Positions 16,545-24,437 of a stretch of 25,146 nucleotides of DNA are shown in pieces. Numbering within the stretch: the stretch's first letter is position 1; every line of letters starts with the position of its first letter. A program made the position numbers and the translations under genes. The notes under the pieces are model-generated. The model made no database searches. It saw only the letters and a list, made by a program, of their open reading frames with translations, and was not told the origin of the DNA. The stretch covers positions 1 to 25,146 of the forward strand of contig JBBQRQ010000077.1 in the NCBI GenBank assembly GCA_038214755.1. Reading direction: 5' to 3'. The stretch is from Verrucomicrobiota bacterium (GTDB lineage Bacteria > Verrucomicrobiota > Verrucomicrobiia > Limisphaerales > CANJXF01).

Positions 16545-17303
16545 ATGAACTCACTTCGATTCCTGGCCCGGATTGCGGCGATGGCCGCGATGTTCTTTGC
16601 CAACTCCTTTGCTTACGCCGCCTTCCACACGTGGAAAGTGAACGAGATTTACTCGAATGCGGACGGCTCCGTGCAGTTTATTGAAATGAAGGAAAGTGCC
16701 GGCGCTAATGGTCAAAATGCTCTACCGGGACATGCCATCACCTGCACTGGTCCTTTGGGAACAACGACATTTAACTTCCCCTCTAACCTGCCGTCTACGT
16801 CCACCTCCAATAGAGTTTTTATTATTGGCACTTCCAATCTGACTTCGATTCCGGGCGGTTTAACACCGGATTATGTGTTCACCAACTCAGGCCCGTTTCT
16901 CTCTTTGGTTGGGGGTGGCTTCATTAACTTCGCCGGCGGGTTTGACACCGTGACCTACACGAATTTACCCACGGATGGTTCTGGCGCCATGATTCGCTCC
17001 GGCGCAAATTTGATTGTTGTAACCACAAATTCGCCGGTGAATTTTCGCGGAGGTTCCAATTCAATTGTGCCGCTGCGCTTCCTCTCCACTGCGCGAAATG
17101 GAAATAATTTTGTCGTCACCTTTGCCACTGCGACTGGAACCAATGGTACCGCAGGCCCGAACTACGCGCTTCAAACCACCAATGCGCTCGGCGGCACCAA
17201 TTGGAGCACATTGACAAACCTGACCGGCGATGGCGCGGTGCGGACCATCACCAATTCCATCAACACAACTTCCAACCAATTCTTTCGTCTCCGTTCGCCT
17301 TAG
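16545..17303 (+). CDS. Secreted Thr/Asn/Gly-rich protein with a C-terminal 'Y-x-LQ-xx-NAL...W...FFRL' domain
   Basis: Signal peptide ending AYA/AA; conserved-looking FHTWKVNEIYSNADGSVQFIE start; ends NQFFRLRSP. Confidence 0.8.
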   Translation: MNSLRFLARIAAMAAMFFANSFAYAAFHTWKVNEIYSNADGSVQFIEMKESAGANGQNALPGHAITCTGPLGTTTFNFPSNLPSTSTSNRVFIIGTSNLTSIPGGLTPDYVFTNSGPFLSLVGGGFINFAGGFDTVTYTNLPTDGSGAMIRSGANLIVVTTNSPVNFRGGSNSIVPLRFLSTARNGNNFVVTFATATGTNGTAGPNYALQTTNALGGTNWSTLTNLTGDGAVRTITNSINTTSNQFFRLRSP

Positions 17304-17355
17304 CGCAAACTTCCACTCGCCGGGCAGATTAAGTATTTTTTCTTCGCCCACTCTT

Positions 17356-18315
17356 ATGCGCTTAAACCAATTACTGATGGTCACAACCTTGTTGCTCATC
17401 TCTCCCGCCGTTTTGCGCAGCGCCGAGCGCGCATCGCTCGCGGAGCGGCTGGGTTACAAACCGACCGACAAACTTCTCATCGTCAATGGTGACGATGCGG
17501 GTATGTGTCATTCTGCCAATCTTGCGACGATTGAATCTTTGGAAAAAGGGCAGATGCGCAGTGCGACCATCATGGTGCCTTGTCCGTGGTTTCCTGAAAT
17601 CGCCGCTTACGCCGAGAAGCATCCGGAAAAAGATTTCGGAATTCACCTCTGCCATACTTCAGAGTGGGGCAAGTATCGGTGGGGACCCGTCGCCGCGAAG
17701 GAACAGGTTCCGGGGTTGGTGGATCAAAACGGCTATCTCTGGAAGAGCGTGGAAGAGGTTTATCTTCACGCAACGCCGGAGCAAGCGCTGATCGAAGGAC
17801 GCGCCCAGATCAAACGCGCCTTGGCTGCGGGAGTGGACGTTACCCACTTCGATTCGCACATGGGCACGATGCAATATCATCCCGATTACATGAAGTCGTA
17901 TTTGCAACTGGCCGTGGAATTCGATCTGCCGGTTCGGATGGCATCGCAGGAAACGCTGACACGGCTCGGCCATCCTGAAATTCGCGGCCAGTTCGCCGCC
18001 AAAGGAATTCTTTCTCCCGACCATTTTGTTTTCGATGAATTGAAGAATGAAAAAAAAGATGTGAAAAATTTCTGGCTCGAAGTGGTGAAAAATATCAAGC
18101 CGGGCGTGACGGAGCTTTACATCCATGCGGGATTGCCGAATGACGAATTGAAAGCCATTACCGCCTCATGGTCCACGCGCTCAAAACAATTCGAGGTCTT
18201 CACTCACGACGACGAGATGAAACAACTGATCGCCGACCAGAAAATTATCCTGATTGGCTATCGGCCCTTGCGCGACCTTCAACATAAAGAACGGCAGGAG
18301 AGCAAAGGCCGTTGA
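17356..18315 (+). CDS. ChbG/YdjC-family carbohydrate deacetylase, exported
   Basis: LIVNGDDAGMCHSAN, GIHL, THFDSHMG and TELYIH motifs; signal peptide from ATG 17356. Confidence 0.87.
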   Translation: MRLNQLLMVTTLLLISPAVLRSAERASLAERLGYKPTDKLLIVNGDDAGMCHSANLATIESLEKGQMRSATIMVPCPWFPEIAAYAEKHPEKDFGIHLCHTSEWGKYRWGPVAAKEQVPGLVDQNGYLWKSVEEVYLHATPEQALIEGRAQIKRALAAGVDVTHFDSHMGTMQYHPDYMKSYLQLAVEFDLPVRMASQETLTRLGHPEIRGQFAAKGILSPDHFVFDELKNEKKDVKNFWLEVVKNIKPGVTELYIHAGLPNDELKAITASWSTRSKQFEVFTHDDEMKQLIADQKIILIGYRPLRDLQHKERQESKGR

Positions 18316-18427
18316 GGTCAACGCCAGAAAGTTCCTCTAGTCATTTTTTGGGATTTGCCTATCTTCCCGTCTCTGATTTTCAATGGAGCTTCGTCGCGCG
18401 AAGCTCTGTCGAGTTGCGACTTCTATG

Positions 18428-21400
18428 ATGACCTGTTCTCAAATTCGCCAGTCGTTCCTGGACTTCTTCAAATCGAAGCAACACACCATCGTGCCGTCTT
18501 CGAGCCTCATGCCGGATTCGCCGAATCTGCTGTTTACGAACGCGGGCATGAATCAGTTCGTCCCGATTTTTCTGGGGCAAACGAAATGTCCTTACCACCC
18601 GCCGCGCGCCGCTGACACGCAGAAATGCATTCGCGCCGGTGGCAAACACAACGACCTCGACGACGTCGGTCTCGACACGTATCACCACACGTTTTTCGAG
18701 ATGCTCGGCAACTGGAGTTTTGGCGATTATTTCAAAAAAGAAGCGATTGAATGGGCTTGGCAATTGGTGATCGACGTTTGGCGATTCCCTCCTAACCGAC
18801 TTTACGCCACCGTTTATTCGCCTGATAAAACGAAGTGCGATCCCAGCGAATTCGATCAGGAAGCCTACAATTTTTGGGCGGAGAAATTTATTGCCGCCGG
18901 CCTCGATCCGAAAACCCACATCGTCAACGGCAACAAGAAAGATAATTTCTGGATGATGGGCGAAACCGGCCCGTGCGGTCCCTGCTCGGAACTGCACGTC
19001 GATCTCACGCCGAACGGTGACACCAAAGGCTCGCTCGTCAATAAAGGCGACGCGCGTTGCATCGAGATTTGGAATCTGGTTTTCATCCAGTTCAACGCGA
19101 ATCCGGACGGAACCTTTTCCCCATTGCCTGCGAAGCATGTCGATACCGGAATGGGTTTCGAGCGCGTGACGAGCATCATTCAAGGAACGAAAAATTTTTC
19201 TGATTTCGCCAACGCCAAGATTTCAAATTACGAGACCGACATCTTCCGCCCGATTTTCGACAAGCTCGAAAAAATGAGCGGCAAGAAATATGGTCGCACG
19301 CTGCCTAGTGGGGCAGGCTTCCAGCCTGCCTCTGCGGGCATCTTGCCCGCGTTGGAAACTGGGGCTGGAAGCCCCATTGGCAGGCAGGATGCCTGCCCCA
19401 CTAGTTCGGAACAAATCCAACTCGATATCGCATTCCGCGTCATCGCTGACCACATCCGCACGTTGAGTTTTGCGATTGCCGACGGCATTCAACCCGGCAA
19501 CACCGACCGCAATTACGTCCTGCGCCGCATTCTGCGCCGCGCCGTTCGCTACGGACGCACGCTCGGTTTTCACGAACCCTTTTTCTACAAACTCGTTGAC
19601 GTTCTAGCCGACACAATGGGCGATGTGTTTCCAGAAATCCGCGCACGACGAAATCAGGTTGAAGAAGTGATTCAGCGTGAGGAAGAGGCGTTTAACAAGA
19701 CGTTGGATGCTGGCATCAAAATGTTTAACGGTTTTTTGAATGCTCGGCAAAAAGCCTTGGAAAAAGTTCGACCCGTCGAATCTCTCGTTTCTGACACTCG
19801 GCTCAAAATTGATGAATATCTGTCATCTATTCACAAGGCCAAATTTCCTGTGACAAAAAAAACACTGGATCAACTTAACAAAGCTCTCATGGAATTTGGC
19901 TTGGCTGTCACTGGCGATTTAGTAAGAGCTCTAGGCATCAGCAACCTGCAAGATGCTCAACGTGTTCAAATCAGACAGTTGCCAGAACTTCAGGCTCACT
20001 ATTCCGTCAACGAGGTTTGCGCCGCGATAAATGATCTGCTCGAAAGCGGGAGGGCCGACCAAGACGCACTTCAAATGTTGAACGCCATCTCTTCGAGAGC
20101 CGCAGATTCTTTGAGCGCGATCCAAGTCATTCGCAAAGGACAAAATGTGTTTCCAGGAAGTGCGGCGTTCCTGCTCTATGACACCTACGGTTTCCCGCTG
20201 GACCTCACCGAATTGATGGCGCGCGAACGCGGTTTGACCGTGGACAAAGAAGGTTTTGAAAAATTGATGGAGGAACAGCGCGCCCGTGCTCGCGCCGCGC
20301 AGAAGAAAGAAGTCATTTCGCTTTCGGAAATTGAAAGCACCACGCCGACGAAATTTGTCGGCTTCGATAATCTCGCGGTTGCCGCCAAAGTTTTGGAAGT
20401 GGTCAAGGTGAAGGACAAGACCGCCGTCATTCTCGATACTTCGAGCGCTTACGCCGAAATGGGCGGGCAACTCGGCGACACCGGCGAGTTGAGTCACGGT
20501 GGCCAGATGTGGCGCGTCGTCAACACGCAAAAGAGCGGCAACACCTGGCTGCATTTTGTCGCGGAAGATGCTTCGACGTTGTTGCCCGGAACCGAAGTGC
20601 AATTCGCGGTGGATGCGCCGCGCCGCAATGCGATTCAACGTCATCACACCGTCACGCATTTGTTGCATTGGGCGTTGCACGAGGTGGCCAGCCGCGACGC
20701 TTCGCAAAAAGGTTCTTACGTCGGGCCGGAAAAGTTGACGTTCGATTTCAACAGCGCGCCGCTCACGCCCGAACAACTCAGCGACATCGAAAAACTCGTC
20801 AACGAACGCATCCTCGAAAACGCGGGCGTGTCGTGGACGGAAGTTCCCCATGCCGACGTGAAATCGCGCAAGGATGTGATGCAATTTTTCGGCGACAAAT
20901 ACGGCGACACCGTGCGCGTCGTGCAAATCGGCGGACGGGCAGGGGAGTTGAACGGTTATTCGATGGAACTCTGCGGCGGCACGCACACGCGCGCGACCGG
21001 CGAAATCGGTTTGTTCCGCATCGTCGGCGAAAGCGCGATTGCCGCAGGCGTTCGCAGAATTGAAGCTGTTGCCGGACTCGAAGCGTATCGCAAAGCGACG
21101 GACGAAGTGGCGCTCATCAAATCGCTTGCCGGTAAAGTGAATTCGCCGATTCACGAGTTGGACAAAAAAATCGAAGCGGTGCTCGCGCATCAGAAGGAGT
21201 TGGAGAAGACGCTCAAGCAGTCCATTGCGCGCAGCGCGTCGCAGACCGCGAGCTGGTTGCTGGGCCGGGTGCAGACCGTCAACGGCGTCCCGCTCATCAC
21301 GCAAAATTTCCCCGACGCCGACGCGGAGTTCCTTCAGGCCGTGGTGGACGCACTCAAGAGCCGTTTCAAAGGCGTCATTGTTCTCGGTGGTGCAGCAAAC

Positions 21401-21592
21401 GGCGCAGTCGCATTAGTCGCATCCGTCTCAGCCGATTTCACCGCGAAAGTTCAAGCCGGAAAAATCATCCAAACCATCGCGCCCATCGTCGGCGGCAAAG
21501 GCGGCGGCAAACCGGACCACGCGCGCGGCGGCGGACGAGAGGCAAGCAAGTTGGACGAGGCATTGGCGAAGGCGAAAAGCTTGCTCGGTTAA
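18428..21592 (+). CDS. alaS: Alanine--tRNA ligase of about 1054 aa with two insertions
   Basis: LLFTNAGMNQF, HHTFFEMLGNWSFGDYFK, GPCGPCSE, DTGMGFER, LYDTYGFP, editing motifs HTVTH and ELCGGTH, and a C-Ala GGKGGG. Start is ATG 18425 or 18428. Confidence 0.97.
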   Translation: MTCSQIRQSFLDFFKSKQHTIVPSSSLMPDSPNLLFTNAGMNQFVPIFLGQTKCPYHPPRAADTQKCIRAGGKHNDLDDVGLDTYHHTFFEMLGNWSFGDYFKKEAIEWAWQLVIDVWRFPPNRLYATVYSPDKTKCDPSEFDQEAYNFWAEKFIAAGLDPKTHIVNGNKKDNFWMMGETGPCGPCSELHVDLTPNGDTKGSLVNKGDARCIEIWNLVFIQFNANPDGTFSPLPAKHVDTGMGFERVTSIIQGTKNFSDFANAKISNYETDIFRPIFDKLEKMSGKKYGRTLPSGAGFQPASAGILPALETGAGSPIGRQDACPTSSEQIQLDIAFRVIADHIRTLSFAIADGIQPGNTDRNYVLRRILRRAVRYGRTLGFHEPFFYKLVDVLADTMGDVFPEIRARRNQVEEVIQREEEAFNKTLDAGIKMFNGFLNARQKALEKVRPVESLVSDTRLKIDEYLSSIHKAKFPVTKKTLDQLNKALMEFGLAVTGDLVRALGISNLQDAQRVQIRQLPELQAHYSVNEVCAAINDLLESGRADQDALQMLNAISSRAADSLSAIQVIRKGQNVFPGSAAFLLYDTYGFPLDLTELMARERGLTVDKEGFEKLMEEQRARARAAQKKEVISLSEIESTTPTKFVGFDNLAVAAKVLEVVKVKDKTAVILDTSSAYAEMGGQLGDTGELSHGGQMWRVVNTQKSGNTWLHFVAEDASTLLPGTEVQFAVDAPRRNAIQRHHTVTHLLHWALHEVASRDASQKGSYVGPEKLTFDFNSAPLTPEQLSDIEKLVNERILENAGVSWTEVPHADVKSRKDVMQFFGDKYGDTVRVVQIGGRAGELNGYSMELCGGTHTRATGEIGLFRIVGESAIAAGVRRIEAVAGLEAYRKATDEVALIKSLAGKVNSPIHELDKKIEAVLAHQKELEKTLKQSIARSASQTASWLLGRVQTVNGVPLITQNFPDADAEFLQAVVDALKSRFKGVIVLGGAANGAVALVASVSADFTAKVQAGKIIQTIAPIVGGKGGGKPDHARGGGREASKLDEALAKAKSLLG
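19305..19404. repeat. Four-hairpin palindromic element inserted in frame in alaS
   Basis: Perfect 14-bp terminal inverted repeat CTAGTGGGGCAGGC/GCCTGCCCCACTAG and four 7-8 bp hairpins. Confidence 0.9.
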
Positions 21593-21615
21593 GTTTTTCA
21601 GCGGAGAATTTATTC

Positions 21616-21819
21616 ATGCTGCGGGACGAACAAGCCAGTCCAGAACAGATTGAGGTATTGCGAAGAATGACACCTCAGCAGCGATGGCGCGCGGCCCACC
21701 GGCTTTACTGGACGTGTCGCCGACATAAAACTGCGTTTCTGCAAAGCCAGCATCCCGACTGGCCCGAAGAGCAAATTCAAAACGAAGTGAAGCGCATTTT
21801 CTCCCATGCCCGAACCTGA
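21616..21819 (+). CDS. Small helical protein, putative MenA1 (Rv0078B)-like antitoxin
   Basis: 67 aa, MTPQQRWRAAHRLY...LQSQHPDWPEEQIQNEV; overlaps the downstream nucleotidyltransferase by 14 nt. Confidence 0.65.
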   Translation: MLRDEQASPEQIEVLRRMTPQQRWRAAHRLYWTCRRHKTAFLQSQHPDWPEEQIQNEVKRIFSHART

Positions 21820-22363
21820 CCTGATCGAATTATTTGTTGGGCCGCTGGATAGATTGCAGCTACGTTATTTAGTCAGCGGCAGTGTGGCGGCCATGCTTTA
21901 TGGAGAGCCACGCGTCACCCATGATGTTGACGTAGTGGTTTTTCTTCGGTCGGAAGACGTCGCCCGGCTTCCAGAAAGTTATCCTCCTCCGGAATTTTAT
22001 CTTCCACCGCCGGAAATAATTTTGCAGGAAATTTCCAGCGATCGCGGCCAATTCAACATTATCCACGCTGACAGCGGTCTAAAAGCTGATCTCTACCTGG
22101 CCAAACACGATGAGTTTCACGCGTGGGCCTTCCGAAATGTCAGACGGTATTCAATCGGTGAGACGACGATTCGGCTGGCTCCACCCGAATACGTCATCGT
22201 CCGCAAGCTCGAATACTTTCGCGAAGGCGGTTCGGAAAAACATTTGCGCGACATTCGTTCCATGCTGGCAATTTCTGGAGAACAAATTGATCGCGCCGTT
22301 TTGCGGGAATGGGTGGATCGACAAGACGTAGTGGAGCAGTGGAAATTGCTCAACGTCTCATGA
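21806..22363 (+). CDS. Pol-beta-superfamily nucleotidyltransferase, putative MenT1/AbiEii-like toxin
   Basis: YLVSGSVAAMLYGEPRVTHDVDVVV (GS...R.T.DxD), a third acidic residue in KADLY, and the C-terminal helical motif IVRKL...KHLRDI. Confidence 0.8.
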   Translation: MPEPDLIELFVGPLDRLQLRYLVSGSVAAMLYGEPRVTHDVDVVVFLRSEDVARLPESYPPPEFYLPPPEIILQEISSDRGQFNIIHADSGLKADLYLAKHDEFHAWAFRNVRRYSIGETTIRLAPPEYVIVRKLEYFREGGSEKHLRDIRSMLAISGEQIDRAVLREWVDRQDVVEQWKLLNVS

Positions 22364-22372
22364 TTTCTTTCC

Positions 22373-22497
22373 TGGACTGCGGCGGCATGACGACGCTTTT
22401 CCTGCACGTTGCCCGATGGAGAAAGTGCAGAAATGAAGAACCTTCCCGGTTTTCCAGAGCGCAGCCCAAGCGGAGAGGAATGTCCCCGCCGTCCAAA
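22373..22497. repeat. Degenerate TGGACTGCG...GTCCAA inverted-repeat element
   Basis: TGGACTGCGGCGGCATGACGACGCTTT ... AAGCGGAGAGGAATGTCCCCGCCGTCCAAA; same end style as 3074-3156. Confidence 0.55.
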
Positions 22498-22597
22498 ATA
22501 AGATCAGTTCCAACTCACCCACTTTCAATCACGCCCGTCCCGTGGTGGGAAAAAACGGTTGCTAAATACGAAAAGTAATGTTCAATCCACGTATCAC

Positions 22598-22816
22598 ATG
22601 AGAAAAATAATTGTTTGTTTCGCGTTGGCCGCTGTCGCCGCTCTGCCGGTGTTCGCGGGTGAGAAATCAGATAAAAACAAAACCGCTTGCGCTGACAAGG
22701 CCAAGGCAGAATGCCAGGGCAAAACCGCCTGTTGTGCGGCAAAAAGTGCGTGCAGCAAGACGCCCTCGAAGCAGGCATTGCTCAGCCCGAAGGCCGCTGA
22801 GACCGTCAAGAATTAA
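22598..22816 (+). CDS. Small secreted Cys/Lys/Ala-rich protein (72 aa)
   Basis: Signal peptide MRKIIVCFALAAVAALPVFA; the mature part has 5 Cys including CC; a terminator-like hairpin follows. Confidence 0.75.
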   Translation: MRKIIVCFALAAVAALPVFAGEKSDKNKTACADKAKAECQGKTACCAAKSACSKTPSKQALLSPKAAETVKN

Positions 22817-22836
22817 CTCCCCGATTTTCCACCAAG

Positions 22837-22867
22837 TCCCTCGAGTTCCGGCTCCGGGGATTTTTTA
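22837..22867 (+). terminator. Possible intrinsic terminator
   Basis: Imperfect stem TCCC..GAG/CTC..GGGA followed by a run of Ts. Confidence 0.45.
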
Positions 22868-22955
22868 TGCCGCGGTGCGATCAAAACTTGGATCTCGCCG
22901 CGACAGTTTTTTTCGGATGCTTGACCGTTTCCTCGTCGTTCGGCACAAATGAGCC

Positions 22956-23336
22956 GTGGAAAGAGTCAGATCCAAAACGGATTGGAGAAATCAAACCGCC
23001 GCCCTTCTGATCGCCGTCGCTGCCGGTGTTTTGCTCTATTTTTTTCCGCCGGGCGATTATCCTTTTTATCCGCGCTGCCTTTTTCATTCGCTCACCGGCC
23101 TGGATTGTCCCGGCTGCGGTTCGTTGCGGGCGCTGCACCAATTGCTTCACGGAAATGTCAAAGCCGCTTTTGCATTAAATCCTTTGTTGGTTTTTCTGTT
23201 GCCTGCCCTGCTAATTTTTTCCATGCGTCCGGTTCGAGGCCAACGGAATTTTCGCGAAAACAAAATATGGCTTTGGGTCGGATGCTGCGGTTTGATTCTT
23301 TTCGCAGTTGCCAGAAATTTGCCCGCGTTGTTTTAG
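22956..23336 (+). CDS. DUF2752-like membrane protein
   Basis: CLFHSLTGLDCPGCGSLRALHQLLHG...A...NPL motif. Confidence 0.85.
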   Translation: MERVRSKTDWRNQTAALLIAVAAGVLLYFFPPGDYPFYPRCLFHSLTGLDCPGCGSLRALHQLLHGNVKAAFALNPLLVFLLPALLIFSMRPVRGQRNFRENKIWLWVGCCGLILFAVARNLPALF

Positions 23337-23355
23337 CGAAAAAAAAATAAAAATT

Positions 23356-23781
23356 ATGTTTAAAATTATTGGAACAGACGGGAAACAATACGGGCCAATT
23401 TCCGCCGAGCAGCTCCGGCAATGGCTCGCCGAAGGACGCGCCAACGCCAACACGCTCGTGCTCGCCGAAGGAAGCGCTGACTGGAAACCGCTCGCGACGT
23501 TTCCGGAGTTCATGCGCCCGAGTCCGTTTCATGCGCCGCCGATTCTGGCGGGAGTCGAGGAGCGCAAATCCAAACTCGCCGCTGGTTTACTCGGGATTTT
23601 TTTGGGCGGCTTCGGCGTGCATCGATTTTATCTCGGCTATACCACGATTGGCGTTGTCCAAATTCTGGTGACGTTTTTGACCTGCGGCGTCGGGCACCTC
23701 TGGGGTTTCATCGAAGGAATTTTAATCATCGCCGGGACAACCATTACCACCGACGCAGAGGGCCGGCCGTTGAAAGAGTAG
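23356..23781 (+). CDS. GYF_2 (DUF4339) plus TM2-domain membrane protein
   Basis: GKQYGPIS..QLRQW...W.PL..FPEF at the N-terminus; KSKLAAGLLGIFLGGFGVHRFYLG TM2 motif. Start placed at ATG 23356. Confidence 0.87.
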   Translation: MFKIIGTDGKQYGPISAEQLRQWLAEGRANANTLVLAEGSADWKPLATFPEFMRPSPFHAPPILAGVEERKSKLAAGLLGIFLGGFGVHRFYLGYTTIGVVQILVTFLTCGVGHLWGFIEGILIIAGTTITTDAEGRPLKE

Positions 23782-23787
23782 CGTCCC

Positions 23788-24171
23788 ATGGCCCGCTTCA
23801 TCCATCCGCCGCGAAATCGTTCCGAAGCGTGGCGATGCGCCCTGGTCAACCAACTCGCCTTTCCCGGTCTTGGCACAATTTTCGCCGCGCAAAAAATTGG
23901 TTATGCGCAAGCGGCGTTGATGCTGGCCGGTTTTTTCGTTTGGACCGGTTACATGTGTTGGGTGATTTACCACCAGATAAAAGTGTTGTTCGACATGGGC
24001 GCCAGCACGCAGGAGGTCAACGATGCGAAATTCGCGCACGGCTGGGTTGGCGTTGTGGGGTTAGGGCTTTGTCTGGTGGCTTGGAGTTGGTCGTTGTTTT
24101 CCAGTATTCAAATCGTGAAAGCTGCTCCGGAAAATGCGCTGCCTCCCAGTGTGCCCCCAAAAATTTCTTGA
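23788..24171 (+). CDS. Hypothetical membrane protein
   Basis: 6 nt after the previous stop; NQLAFPGLG motif and hydrophobic segments. Confidence 0.7.
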   Translation: MARFIHPPRNRSEAWRCALVNQLAFPGLGTIFAAQKIGYAQAALMLAGFFVWTGYMCWVIYHQIKVLFDMGASTQEVNDAKFAHGWVGVVGLGLCLVAWSWSLFSSIQIVKAAPENALPPSVPPKIS

Positions 24172-24344
24172 CTCAGAATTCGGAGAAATCTTCCGGATGA
24201 ACCAGCGCCCAACGTTGGCAAATAAACCGGAGTCTCCAGGGTTGATCGAGAATAACTGTGTCTCCCAAAACAGCACGCTCCGCAGCGTCAGGACGCTTGA
24301 CCTTTGGCGCGAACAAGGCACATTGCGCGGCTCGCTTTAAAGTC

Positions 24345-24430
24345 TTCAGTGATCAATTTTAAATTTTGAGTTTTGAATTGAAAGGCATCGAGCGAGACCA
24401 CTCAGAACTGAAAACTCAAAATTCGGAACT
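24345..24430. repeat. Inverted degenerate heptamer arrays (TTTTGAG-like / CTCAAAA-like) in the typA leader
   Basis: AATTTTAAATTTTGAGTTTTGAATTG ... CACTCAGAACTGAAAACTCAAAATTCGGAACT. Confidence 0.7.
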
Positions 24431-24437
24431 AAACATA

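Noticed and set aside
15660..18427. Longer ORF-track starts for the WecB/TagA gene (15660), the deacetylase (17230) and alaS (18383)
   Set aside because: The extensions overlap neighbouring features or precede the family N-terminus or signal peptide; downstream ATGs fit better.
19727..20149. Intein as the explanation for the AlaS insert
   Set aside because: No Cys/Ser start with a His-Asn end followed by Cys/Ser/Thr, and no LAGLIDADG or HINT-like motifs.
19931..21304. 457-aa minus-strand ORF, and similar ones at 18380-19183, 10466-11413, 11564-12181, 4887-5504 and 24429-25040
   Set aside because: Antisense shadows of well-supported genes (alaS, the antiporter, waaA, tolA, typA) with no recognisable motifs.
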